A stretch of 64,000 nt of DNA from positions 3,720,001 to 3,784,000 of the forward strand of contig CAKKNE010000004.1 of NCBI GenBank assembly GCA_918797485.1, given 5' to 3'. The stretch is from Pelagomonas calceolata. Taxonomy: Eukaryota. A model generated the notes under the pieces. That model did not search any database. It saw only the letters and a program-made list of their open reading frames with translations, and was not told the origin of the DNA. Below, piece by piece: positions 1-10,380 of this stretch; the first letter of the stretch is position 1, and every line of letters begins with the position of its first letter. The translations under genes and the position numbers were made by a program.

Positions 1-2
1 CC

Positions 3-1442
3 GCGGGAGCCCAGGATATTGAGAGATGCCTCATCGGTGCGTTACCGGAGCCGATCTACGGCCCGCCCGAAGCCATTGTGGAGCGAGCTAGAACCGTCGC
101 CGATCTGCAGCCCGGGCTCGACGCGGCGCAGTTCGCGGCGTTACTGCGCGGCCTGGAGACGTGGGAATCGGTACGACGCGAGTTCGCCGAGGATAACGAC
201 GACGACCACGATGTCAGTGTCGAGGAGTTTTTGTTGGGGGCTTCCAGTGTCCCGCTGGAGATGTCCGACGACGATGCCCGATTGCTCTTCGAGCGCATCG
301 GAAGCACGGATTCTTCGAGGGCGCCTTTGTCGCGATTGTGCGCTGCTTTAGCGCGGCGGGCCGCGCGCTTGGATGCGTCCGAGACGAGACCGACCACGGC
401 CGCCGCGGTCGGCGAGTCCGGCGTCTCCAAAAGGTTGTCGCGGTCGCCGCCGCCGCCGTCGCCCTCCTTAGATGGACGGCCGCTGGCCCCGACGGCGATC
501 GAGGGGCGCAGCCCCCACAGCACGCGGTCGCCGGCGCCGCCGGCTGTGGTGGAAGAGGAGCACGACGATTTCTTAGATCAATTATCGTTAGAGGGCCACC
601 TCGAGTCCCTGGGTGACGATAATAAGGAGGAGCTCCTGCCGCGGTCGTCGCCGCGGCGCCTCGCGCGCGAGGTCGTGCCTCCCCTGACGGCGGACGTCGT
701 CGAGCCGCCCCTGCCGCCGCCGCCGCCCGTGCAACAACAGCACCGGTCGCCGCCCCGAAACCGGCCGCCCCTGTCCATGTGCTATCATGGGGTCGAGGTC
801 TCGGTGCCCATGTGCGAGGAGGCGCGCCTCGACGTCAAGCCTGATGGTTCATTGCGGTTACGCTTGACGGACTTCTCGGGCGACATCACGCTCACGAAGC
901 TGAGCGGCGCGGCGCTGACGCAGTCCATGGCCGTCGGCGACTCCGTCGCGGCGCACGAGGCGTGGCGGCGCAAGCAGCGCCGCGAGACGCCGCGCGTGCC
1001 TCCTACGCAACCGGAGACGCGCGAGGAGCGCTGGAGCCCCCTGCAGTCGCCGCCGCGGTCGACTTTTGCACAGCAGGAGCGCGTGCGCGCGCCGCCGTCG
1101 CGCGCCGCGGACCCGCTCAACTCGCCGTCGATCTGGAACGCGTCGCCGCCGCCGTCGACGGCGCGCGCGCCGCCCGCGCCGCCGCCCCTCGAGGAGGGGA
1201 GTTTTGGCATTTCCGGCCGGGCCATGGCCGTCGGCCGGGAGCCGGCCGCCGGCTCGCTCAAGGCGCGCACGTACAGCAACAGCCGCCCGACGACGGCGCG
1301 CCCGCGCACGGCGCGGCCGAAGACGTCCGACCTCCCACTGCCGCCGGGCTGGGAGCGGCGCTTCGACCCGCGCAAGCAACGGACGTACTTCATCGACCAC
1401 AACACGCGGACGACGTCGTGGCGCCATCCCCTTCGCGGGTAG
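3..1442 (+). CDS. 5'-partial protein with EF-hand-like N-terminal segment, Pro-rich linker and C-terminal WW domain
   Basis: Frame is open from the window start. [13 protein letters not shown] resembles an EF loop. [31 protein letters not shown] is a canonical WW domain. Confidence 0.8.
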   Translation, partial: AGAQDIERCLIGALPEPIYGPPEAIVERARTVADLQPGLDAAQFAALLRGLETWESVRREFAEDNDDDHDVSVEEFLLGASSVPLEMSDDDARLLFERIGSTDSSRAPLSRLCAALARRAARLDASETRPTTAAAVGESGVSKRLSRSPPPPSPSLDGRPLAPTAIEGRSPHSTRSPAPPAVVEEEHDDFLDQLSLEGHLESLGDDNKEELLPRSSPRRLAREVVPPLTADVVEPPLPPPPPVQQQHRSPPRNRPPLSMCYHGVEVSVPMCEEARLDVKPDGSLRLRLTDFSGDITLTKLSGAALTQSMAVGDSVAAHEAWRRKQRRETPRVPPTQPETREERWSPLQSPPRSTFAQQERVRAPPSRAADPLNSPSIWNASPPPSTARAPPAPPPLEEGSFGISGRAMAVGREPAAGSLKARTYSNSRPTTARPRTARPKTSDLPLPPGWERRFDPRKQRTYFIDHNTRTTSWRHPLRG

Positions 1443-1592
1443 TGCTTTCCTCCCCTTCCCTGATAAACTGCCTGGTTTAGCTCACATCGGCACCGCGACC
1501 GTCGCGTCGTCGCGACGCACCCGTTGCAAACCTGATGATCTCCGCCCGTTTCCCCGTGAGACCACTGGTACTACACAACATGGGTTACTTGC

Positions 1593-3057
1593 TCAGGCCT
1601 TCTCGACCGCGAGGGGGTAGATCGTGCCCTTGCCCTTGAAGCCGCCGAAGGCTGCTCCTCCACTGCTCTTCATCTCGCGCGTCAAATCGCAGCGCCAAAT
1701 TTTTCCCTCAATAGGGTCCATCATCGCGTTCATGCGGCCGCCGCCTTCCTTCCACGTGCGGTGGCTACCCTTCTGCTTCGTGAACGCGCGTACACGCCGC
1801 AAAATATCGATGTGCATGGCCACGAAGGCGGCGAGCGTCGCGCATAGGCATCCTCTGTCCCACGTGCGGATTCTTTTGATATCGACGTAGTCGCACCCGC
1901 CGAGCCTGCCACTGCAGACGACCTGGTTCGTGACCTGTGTGGAAATCAAATTTCGGGCACCCGACGCCATCGACGCGATATTTTCTCCGTAGCTGCGTCT
2001 GCTAGATGGCGTGAAGTTTCCAGGCCATCGACGCGACATCATCGCCGTGACCGCTCGAATAACCTAACTCACTGGTTGATTCCACACAGCTCTCCACGAC
2101 AGAACCCAGGGCCATCATAAACAACGCGAGCAGGCTCGCGAAGATCAGCCGGTCCAGGGCGGTCACGAACGGCACGCGCGGAAGCCGGTCCGTTACGGTC
2201 CACTGAATCGCGAAGGAGCTGAGCATGAGCGCCACGAGAAAATTTAGTCTCTCAGTAAGTTGGGCGTCCACGTCCATCGCAAACTGAAAAAACGCGAAGG
2301 CGACGATGACATAGATCGGCACCGCGCCCTTGAAGATATAGTATGTGGGGTCGCGCTGTACGTGCAAAGACCAAATACAGTCGCGATACACCAAACCCGT
2401 GTTCGGAGAGCTGTGCTTGAAGACGCCGAACGTCACGGCCGTGCACACGAACTCGCCCTGCCGCCGCTGCCCGACCCACTCCATCTGCCGCAGCTCGCCG
2501 CCCTGGCTCTTCACGTTTCGTCTGTCAAAGTCGAGCTCGATGTCGACGTCAGTCTCCAGTTTCACCTCGTCGGACATACAGAACAGCCAGTCGATGCGGG
2601 CGCTGTCGAAGGGGAAGCTTCTGAACCTCTCCTCACCGCCGCCGGCGCTTGAGATGTCGACGTGCGTCGGTTTCGTCTGGCGCCACCACATGAGACGCCC
2701 GGGCGCCAGTGATAGGAACGTCACCGGTGGCTCGTCATCCGCCCAGGCGAAATTCGTCGGGAAGCACGCGGCGGGCCGCCAGATGTCTTTCGGCATCGCG
2801 CTCGGATCGGACGTGTCGATGCCTGCCGCCAGCAGGCGCGGATCCTCCCACTCTAATACAACCCAAAATGTCGCCTGCAGGAACTCTCCGTTGTGCGTGT
2901 CGACCTTGAATTCCTGGACGTTCAGTTCGACACTTACCCGGGTGACGCCGCCGTCCGCCGGGACGGGGCGATCAGACCAGTTCACGGTCGCGGGATCCAG
3001 CGTTTTCGGCACCGCTTGTTCGGCGCCATCGTTGGCGCTGGGTACCACCTTGGTCAT
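1593..3057 (-). CDS. Cys-less pentameric ligand-gated ion channel (Pro-loop receptor)-like subunit, 2 exons
   Basis: Motifs WEDPRL, IWRP, FRSFPFD, R-x-P-x-YY before M1, and LPRVPFVT in the M2-M3 loop, with hydrophobic helices. Exons 3057-2098 and 1934-1593 join in frame after removing intron 1935-2097. Confidence 0.8.
1935..2097 (-). mobile_element. Introner-type intron in the pLGIC gene
   Basis: TIR ctgtgtggaaatcaa (1935-1949) / ttgattccacacag (2076-2089). GT donor lies 8 nt before the TIR (GTGGAGAG vs exon GTCACGAA). Contains GCCATCGACGCG motifs. Removal joins two ORFs in phase 0; an alternative donor exists at 2100. Confidence 0.8.
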
Positions 3058-3554
3058 TGTCCTCACGCGCGCTCACGCCTTAAGGGCAGCTGGACTGCTC
3101 AGCAGCTACCACTCCACCTCGTCTCCGCTGCCCCTAGCGTGCAAGCACCGTGCTGGAGATGAACTGTGCGCCTATGATGCCTTCCCGAAGAGCTTCGTGC
3201 CCTCACGCGCTGATTAAGCGCTGCCCCGGCAGCGTCCAGACTTGCTGTGATTTCGGAAGCCGCGCACCCTAGTGCGGCGCGCTCTCGTTGACGTATCTGC
3301 GCGCAGGCGACTCTTGACGAAGGCCTCCGTGGTGCCGCAAGATGGATTGGTGCCACCAAGAATACGCTTGGCTAGTGCTCGGCTGGAGTCACGGCGTGAT
3401 CGTCGGTAAAAGGGCTCTGGGACTACACGCCGTAGCCCCCCGCACAACCCAGAGGCGCGGCCCGCTGCGGCCCCACGCCTAAACCAACTTCCCCAGCGCG
3501 CGAACACGGGCGCGCTGGGGCTCGCGACCGAGGATAAGCGTTATCCTCAAGTGT

Positions 3555-4517
3555 ATGGCTTCGGGAGGCTTGAGCCCCGAGGTCGCGGCCCGCTTCGCCG
3601 CGGCCGAAGAAAATGAAGCAGGAGGAACTTGGGAAGTGGCCCCCCACAAGGAGACGCCGACCAAGAGCCTAGGCGCGCAAAAACTATTGAGCCTCTTCGA
3701 CGAGCCCGAGGATCTCAAGGCTGAGCCGGAGCCGGCGATCCCCCTCGAGTTCCAGGGCGAGGACCTCAAGGCGGAGCAGCCGGCGCCGCGGGCGGCGAGC
3801 GCGTACCGCCCGGCGCTCGCGCTCTGGGCGCTCGCGGGTTTCACCGCGCTGACGAGCGCGGCGGCCTTTATGTGCGGCCGCCGCGGCGGCGCCAAGGCCG
3901 TGTGCGGCCAGCGCATGGTCACGGTGCCGCGCGGCCGCGCGCGGCGCCGCGTGCTGCTCGGCGACGACGACGACGCCAAGGGCCTCGTGGTGGCGCCGCC
4001 GCCGGCGCGCGAGCTCTTCTTCCACAAGGTGCTGCGCCACCAGGACCCGGCCATGGACCCCGCCGACGCCGTCGCCGTCGTCGCCGCTTTACAAGCGAGA
4101 GGCGGCCGCCTCGCCGAGGCGGCGTCGGTGCCCGAGGCCGAGCGCGAGGAGGCGCTGGCCTCCTTCGAGAAGGACTACGGCGCGGCGTCGCGCGCGCACG
4201 TGCTGGACGTGCGCGCGCACGTCCTCGGCCGCGTCGCGGGCGCGCTCGACGCGCAGCCGGACCTCGACCTCGTCGACGCCGTCGAGGCGGGCGCGGCCGG
4301 CGGCGCGTACGAGCACGCCTACGAGCGCGCGGACGTGGAAGCCGGGCCCGTCGCGACGGCGGGCGGCTTCCTGCTGAACCTGCGCGCGCACGTCATGCGC
4401 GGCGCCGACGGCCTGCTCCACCAGAACCCGGCCATGGACGTCGAGGACGTCCTGGCCGTCAAGGCCCGCGCCAAGCAGGCCAAGCTCGCGGCGCGCGGCG
4501 TCGGCGTGCGCCGCTGA
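3555..4517 (+). CDS. Hypothetical membrane protein with internal repeat
   Basis: 320-aa ORF with GC3-rich codons and one hydrophobic segment. HQDPAMD/HQNPAMD and RAHV are each repeated. Confidence 0.65.
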   Translation: MASGGLSPEVAARFAAAEENEAGGTWEVAPHKETPTKSLGAQKLLSLFDEPEDLKAEPEPAIPLEFQGEDLKAEQPAPRAASAYRPALALWALAGFTALTSAAAFMCGRRGGAKAVCGQRMVTVPRGRARRRVLLGDDDDAKGLVVAPPPARELFFHKVLRHQDPAMDPADAVAVVAALQARGGRLAEAASVPEAEREEALASFEKDYGAASRAHVLDVRAHVLGRVAGALDAQPDLDLVDAVEAGAAGGAYEHAYERADVEAGPVATAGGFLLNLRAHVMRGADGLLHQNPAMDVEDVLAVKARAKQAKLAARGVGVRR

Positions 4518-5054
4518 GGCCCCGCTCCGCGAGCAGCGGTTCGTGTTTTGTGTTTTCGCGGCCGGAAGACGTCCGGCCCCTTCCCTCGTGCGCTCCGTTT
4601 TAGGACGGCAGCCGCAGCCGAACCGCGTTTCCCCTTCCCCTTCGCCCGAACCCCCACTCCCCACTTGTGTACTACCATCCAAGAAACGTAGTCTCGTTCC
4701 GAGTCAAGGTTCGCGACGGCCGGTGAGCGGACGTCGCAGCGACGGCGTCGAGAGGGCAGCGGGCATGAGGTTGCGGCGTCCGACGTCGCTTCATCTCTAC
4801 GGACCGACGGCGTATGGGGCCAGGTGGCTAGGCGGCCTAGCTCTAAACAAAGCAAATTAAGAATCGAGGACGGAGGAGGCCTCCACCCCGCAACAACATC
4901 ACTCGGCTACGTGGTGTCGTGTCGCGCCGCGAGCACGAGTACGCGCGCGAGCACTAAGCACTAAGTACAACGCCATCGACGCGCGACAACTAACACACGG
5001 CGGGTAGCGGCCGACGAGACGAATCATAGAAGATAATTACACATCATACGTCGG

Positions 5055-6110
5055 TCAGAGCGTCATCTCCGCGCCACCCTCGTCCTCGGGCTGCGTCGCG
5101 TCCAGCGAGAGCAGGTCGGCCACGGGCGTCGCGTCCGGCGGTGGCGGCGGCGGCTCCTCCGCCGCCGCAGCGCCAGCAGATTCAGCCATGGCGAGCGACT
5201 CCTTGATCGCCTGGACCATCATCTCCTCCTCCGTCATGCCCGCGGGCGCGGCGTGGCCCCGCGCCGGCGGCGAGTGGATCGGGTTCGCCGCGGCGCCCGT
5301 CGGCCGGTGCCACTGCGTCCGCTTCGTGTTGTGGTCCACGTAGTAGGGCGTGCCGTCGGCGTTGCGGCCCTCCTCCCAGCCCGGCGGCAGCGGGCCCGGC
5401 GACGTCGTAGGAGGCGGCGGCGGCGCGTAGCTTTGTGACGGCGCGGCGGCCTGGCCGGGCGGCCGGACCTCGACGATCGTCGTCACGATGCAGTCGAAGT
5501 GCGTCTCGGGCCGCGCCCAGGCCGGCACCTTGACGGCGAACTTGCCGGCCGTCGGGGTGGCCACGGACAGGCTGTCGCCGGCCTTGGCGTGGCGCGGGAC
5601 CAGCACTCTGACAGTTTTACGTGTCTCCTGGCGCGTGCCCGCCTGCACCACACTTCTCGGAGGATTCCGACGGTTCTCCTCGGCCTGCAGCCGCGCCGCG
5701 ACCATCATGTCGCGCTGCACGTCCGAGAGCGTGGCCGGGTCGGCGCCCTCGCCGCCCGCTAAACTCGCCGCCAGGGCCGCGTCACGCTCGAGCTGCGACC
5801 CCTCGCTCCGCGCGCGCTCCTCCTCGCGCTCCATCTGCCGCAGGAACTTTTCCTCGTTCTGCTGCTGGCGCCTTAAAGCCACGTCGCTCGCGCGGCGCTC
5901 CCGCAACTCCGGATCCTCCTGGACGGACTCGGCGTTGTCGAGGCGCGCGTAGCCGTCGCCGGCGCCGGTCAGGGTGCCCAGGCCGCCGAGGCGCGGCGGT
6001 CGGAGCGCCGGCGCCGGCCGCTGCTGCGCGACGCCGCCGATGGGCGGCGGCGGTTCTTGGGGAACGAGGTTCGCTGATGCGTCGTCAAATTGTGGGGGGG
6101 CGTAGGCCAT
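5055..6110 (-). CDS. WW-domain protein with UIM/MIU-like ubiquitin-binding motifs
   Basis: WW: LPPGWEEGRNADGTPYYVDHNTKRTQWHRP. UIM-like: TEEEMMVQAIKESL. MIU-like: DAALAASLA and DMMVAARLQAEE. Confidence 0.8.
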   Translation of the reverse strand: MAYAPPQFDDASANLVPQEPPPPIGGVAQQRPAPALRPPRLGGLGTLTGAGDGYARLDNAESVQEDPELRERRASDVALRRQQQNEEKFLRQMEREEERARSEGSQLERDAALAASLAGGEGADPATLSDVQRDMMVAARLQAEENRRNPPRSVVQAGTRQETRKTVRVLVPRHAKAGDSLSVATPTAGKFAVKVPAWARPETHFDCIVTTIVEVRPPGQAAAPSQSYAPPPPPTTSPGPLPPGWEEGRNADGTPYYVDHNTKRTQWHRPTGAAANPIHSPPARGHAAPAGMTEEEMMVQAIKESLAMAESAGAAAAEEPPPPPPDATPVADLLSLDATQPEDEGGAEMTL

Positions 6111-6310
6111 TTTTTTTGCGTGGTCGAGTCCTGTGGTTTCGAGTCAGCAGCCTGCTTTGTCCAAAGAGAGTCTTGGGACGACCTGTGGGTCGAAATTCCG
6201 GGCGTCGGCAGCGGTCTGACTTCGGAGAAGCACGAGCAAGTTGTTTGCGTTGCGAAGCGGTGAGAAGGATGCCTCCAAGCCTCTGAAAGAAAAAGCTGGC
6301 TTTGGGGGTG

Positions 6311-6328
6311 CTAGTGTCTTACCGCTAG
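6311..6328. promoter_or_regulatory. CTAG-pair upstream motif (short variant)
   Basis: ctagtgtcttaccgctag in a divergent intergenic spacer. Confidence 0.5.
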
Positions 6329-6679
6329 CTAAATTCGCTCGAGCATTCTTTTTGCGCAGTATCGCCTCTAAGCAAGGCTCCAGCAGCGGGATGGGTCCGT
6401 GGCCTCGCATAATGCGGCTGCGAGAGACATCTTGCAAAGCAGGGCGATCACGACGCTCAAACACAGCCGCACAGTCGCGAGACACCCACGCGCGCTGAGT
6501 AGTAGCACAACTCGACCCCCTGCCGGTGTTCGGGCAAAAAAATTTAACCCTGCGGAGCGGTACAAAGCGGTTCAGCCCAGAGAGCTCTCTAAAAAATGCC
6601 CAGCTGCACGACGAAGCTCGGGCTCGCCGCCCCAACCACGAAGAAAAAGGAGTGCTGCCCGCCCCCACGACAAAAAGGG

Positions 6680-8213
6680 ATGCCTCGCCGCACCGAGGCC
6701 GAAGCACTGGAAGACGTGAGCGCGCGCATGCTCCAGGGCTGGACGATGCTCGGCGACGCCTGCCCCGTCGCGGGCTGCAACACGCCCTTAGTAAGGAGCC
6801 GCCAGGGCGAGGTCTGGTGCGCGCGCTGCGGGGCGGCGGTCGTGAAGGAGGGCGACGCGATGAGCGTGCCGTCTTCACCTCCATCCACGACGGAGGTAGC
6901 CCAAAAGGCGCGCGCCGCGTGGGCCGAGGCCGCGGCTCGTAGTGACGACGAAGAGGAGGACGCGGCGACGGCGTCATCCCCGCGCGCGCGGCCCGGGTGG
7001 GCCGTCGAAGCCGCCGAGGCCGACGGCGAGGATGTTGTGATCACACAACGGAAGCCGCGCGACGCCAAGGCGCGGGACGCGGCGTCGGCGGCCATCGGCC
7101 AGAAGCTGCTGAGCGGCTGGACGCTGCTGGACGAGGCTTGTGGAAGATGCACGGTCGGCGTGCCGCTCATGCGCGATACGAATCAACGGAAGTTCTGCGT
7201 GGCCTGCGACGCCTACGAGGACGACGCCGTCGCGGCGCCAACGCGTGACGACGGAGAGGACTGGCGCAAGTTCATCGTGGACGAGCCGGCCGAGGACCCC
7301 CTCGCACAGCCGCTCTCGGAACACCTCGTGAAGGGCTACGTTTTATTAGGCAAGCAGTGTCCCGCCAAGGACTGCCCCTCGCCGTTGATGCGGGCGCCGG
7401 ACGGGCGCGAGGTCTGCGTCCAGCCGGCGTGCGTCGCCGCGCGTATGATGGAAGAGGACGACGACGACGAGGACGACTTCGTCGTGGACGCGAGAAATGA
7501 TGACGAGGTGCGGCTGCCGCCGCCCGTGCCGGGGGCGTCGGCGCTCGGCGCGCATTTGATCCGGGGCTACGCGATGCTCGAGGACATCTGCCCGAACGCG
7601 GGCTGCAACTCGCCGCTCATGCGGTCGCCGGACGGCGCGGACCGGTGTCTCTTCCTTCGAAGCTCGCGTGGCCCAATGGACACGGCGTCGCCCTCCTAAG
7701 GCGAAGATTGCGGGTTCGAGTCCCGCCGTGAGTAGTACTCACGGTCCGCTTCCCCGCGCAGGTGTTATTGGATGCGTCCAGCCGGAGTGCGGCGGCGACG
7801 GCGACGGGGCGCCCGCGGCGGCTCCACCGAAGCCGAAGCGCCGGCCGCCGCCGGCGTTCGTCGCGGCGCGGCTCGCGCCCGAGCCCCCCGCGGCCGCGAC
7901 CGACGACGTCTTCGGGGCCGCGGCACGGGCGTGCGTCGGCAAGCTCCGGGACCAGGCCCGGGGCCTGGCGGCGGCGCGCGCGGCCGACGTGGCCGCGGCG
8001 GCGGCGGCGGTCGGCGCCTGCGCCCGGGCGCTCGCGTCCATGCGCGGCGACGCGCGCGCGGCGGCCGCCGAGGCGCGCGCCGCCGTGCGCCGGCGCGTCG
8101 GCGAGGCCACGGCCGCGCTCGGCGCGGCGTCGGGCTTCGGCGAGACGCGCGCGGCCGCCGAGGCGCTCGAGGCGCTCGCCCTGGCCGACCAGGCGCTTTC
8201 TGCTTTAATTTGA
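6680..8213 (+). CDS. Protein with four SSSCA1/ZNRD2-type zinc-ribbon repeats, 2 exons
   Basis: Four copies of G[WY]xxLxxxC-x2-4-C-xx-PL[MV]R-x6-C-x2-4-C. Intron about 7635-7761 joins ORF 6596-7699 to ORF 7668-8213. An upstream ATG at 6596 is also possible. Confidence 0.8.
7635..7761 (+). other. Spliceosomal intron (GC-AG, introner-like) hosting a tRNA
   Basis: A GC donor at 7635 gives MRSPDG|VIGCVQPEC, colinear with repeat 3 (MRAPDGREVCVQPAC). An alternative GT donor exists at 7647. Acceptor ccccgcgcag; actcac branch-like motif. Confidence 0.7.
7662..7734 (+). tRNA. tRNA-Arg (anticodon CCT)
   Basis: 73-nt cloverleaf. Acceptor GCTCGCG/CGTGAGT, D arm GCC/GGC, anticodon arm TCGCC-CTCCTAA-GGCGA, T arm GCGGG-TTCGAGT-CCCGC. 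A box TGGCCCAATGG, B box GGTTCGAGTCC. Confidence 0.92.
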
Positions 8214-8227
8214 CCATTATCCGTAGC

Positions 8228-8434
8228 CTAGGGACAGCATGGGCACCAGCAGCAGTCGAAGCAGCAGGGCCCGTCGCCGCCGCGCCGGCCGAAACAGATC
8301 CCCCACTCGAGGAGGCATCCGCACATGCTGCAGACGCAGCACTTGTATCCGCACACGCACCGGAACGGGTTGCAGTAGCAATCGCCCTCGTCCTCGAAGA
8401 ACTGGTAGTCGATGAGGAGTAGCGCGGCAGCCAT
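8228..8434 (-). CDS. Small cysteine-rich protein (68 aa)
   Basis: MAAALLLIDYQFFEDEGDCYCNPFRCVCGYKCCVC...CCFDCCWCPCCP; GC3-rich codons. Confidence 0.55.
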   Translation of the reverse strand: MAAALLLIDYQFFEDEGDCYCNPFRCVCGYKCCVCSMCGCLLEWGICFGRRGGDGPCCFDCCWCPCCP

Positions 8435-8651
8435 CGCCGCTTTCAGTCGCTGGACCTTTGGGCACCAATCTGAGGCTCGGGCGGTTCGGGAGGCCAGCAC
8501 ACGAGCTTTATTAGTGCGTCAGCTATACTGGATATCGCGCCAGCGCCTGAAACCGCCGGGTTTATTTGGGGCGCGCTGTAAAACCCGTTTTGATTGGCGG
8601 AGCACCTCGCGAGGCCTCGCGAGGCCTCGTAAAACAAATGCTACACGAAAG

Positions 8652-9983
8652 TTATGACAGCATAGTCGTATCCTGATGGGCCCGTTTCTGGTAGGGCACG
8701 CGCCCGTCACGCCCTACATTGCGCATGTCCTTGCGCGCTATATCCCATCCAGCCGCTAAAGCCTCGTCTCCGCGGTCCGCGAAGGGGCTCGCGAAGGCTA
8801 AGTCCGGATCAAACGGCGCCATGGGATCGCCGCGGAACTGGGGCACGTCCGGGTACTCGTAGACTCTGCGCCGGCCGTCGACCGCATCGGTGCCCGGCCG
8901 CAGCGGCCGCTTCGCGTTCATCGGCGGGAACGCGCGGCCCGGGAGCGGGCGGTCGCCGCTCGTCCTGTCGAAGGCTTTCATCTCCGCGACGCCGAAGCTT
9001 CTGCCGGATCTGTCTTCCGCGCCCCAGGACCGGGTCGGCGCGCGCCGATGCTCCGCACTACCATAATCCGTCTCGACGCGGCGCTGCTTGGCGGGCGGCG
9101 CCTCGGGCCGGCCGCGGACCGCGGGGTCGATCGAGTCGGGCACCCTCTCGTTGCCCCACGCCTGCTCGGGCTGACCGCGGGGCGATTGTTGCGGGTTGAC
9201 GGCGCGCCGCGGGTCGAAGCCACCCGGCGCGAGGTCGGACGGCGTCAGCAGCGGCGGCTGCGGCTCCGAGTGCACGGCGCGCCGCGCGTTGAAGCCGCCG
9301 CTCGGCGGCGAGGCCCGCGGCGGTGCCGGCGTGAAGCCTCCCTGCGGCGGCGGCGGCGGCGCGGCCCAGCCCGTCGGCATCTGCGCCGGACCGCCCCACT
9401 GCTGCGGCGGCGGGCCGCCCCACGATTGTTGCTGGGGTGGATAGCTGCCCGGCGGCGCCGGCGTGTAGCCCTGCTGCGGCGGCGCGGGCGCGTAGCCCTG
9501 CCGCCGGTCCGGCGACCGCGACCGCTTCCGCGGCGGCTGGCCGTAGACGTCGGCGCCGTCGCCGCGCGTCCGCTGGATCACCGCGACCGACTCGAAGTCC
9601 ACGCCCTCGAAGAGCCGCATCTTGACCCAGTTCTCGACGAGCTTGACGAGGCGCTGGCGGTCCTCGAGGTCGGCGTCGTCCAACGCGCTGATCGTCGCGA
9701 GAATACTCGTGGAGAAGCGCGGCGTGAAGACGTCGTTCTGGCTCTGGTCCTTGCTCCGGCGGCAGACCGCGTCGATGACGTAGACGCCCGCCAGCCGGCA
9801 GTGCGCCGGCGCCGTCTTCACAAATTGCTCGACCTGGTGCACGGCAAGCTTATACTCGTCGCGCGCTTCGAAGCAGGCTTTTGCTACTGCTCGCACCTTG
9901 GTCTGGCTCACGGACCTGCCACGCTCGAGCTGGGTCAGCGTGTTGAGCGCCTCGTGCAGCGCTCGCAGCTCGGGGGTCGACAT
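8652..9983 (-). CDS. RNA Pol II CTD-interacting domain (CID) protein, SCAF4/8-Nrd1/Seb1-like N-terminus
   Basis: RLAGVYVIDAVCR...FTPRF...RLVKLVENW matches the CID/RPR pattern, followed by a Pro/Gly-rich tail. Confidence 0.8.
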   Translation of the reverse strand: MSTPELRALHEALNTLTQLERGRSVSQTKVRAVAKACFEARDEYKLAVHQVEQFVKTAPAHCRLAGVYVIDAVCRRSKDQSQNDVFTPRFSTSILATISALDDADLEDRQRLVKLVENWVKMRLFEGVDFESVAVIQRTRGDGADVYGQPPRKRSRSPDRRQGYAPAPPQQGYTPAPPGSYPPQQQSWGGPPPQQWGGPAQMPTGWAAPPPPPQGGFTPAPPRASPPSGGFNARRAVHSEPQPPLLTPSDLAPGGFDPRRAVNPQQSPRGQPEQAWGNERVPDSIDPAVRGRPEAPPAKQRRVETDYGSAEHRRAPTRSWGAEDRSGRSFGVAEMKAFDRTSGDRPLPGRAFPPMNAKRPLRPGTDAVDGRRRVYEYPDVPQFRGDPMAPFDPDLAFASPFADRGDEALAAGWDIARKDMRNVGRDGRVPYQKRAHQDTTMLS

Positions 9984-10380
9984 CTTTGCACGGTTTCGAT
10001 TGGTTTCAGCACGATTCGATTGGTTTATCGCCGCGGCGACGGCTTGCGGCGGCTGGAGTTTGTTTAGCTGCTGCTGGATGGAGAGCCTCTTGCACGGCAC
10101 ACGCGTGCACACGGGGCGCGGAGCGTTGCTGTACGCTATCCCACTGCTCGTGACAGCGCGCTGCAAGCGCCACACGGATCTATAAGCCGCCTGGGAGGTG
10201 GAGCTCGAGCCGGCTTGCTTTGCTCCTAGGTGTGACACACTAGGCCGCGCGGGATTCCTCAGCGCGGGAGCCCTAGAACCCGCCGGTCTCCTGTTGAGTG
10301 CGGATTTTCGCGGTTTCTCTCTTGTTTTGTACGTGTGGTACGTCCTGGTTTATGTATAGAAAAGTAATCACACATATCAG

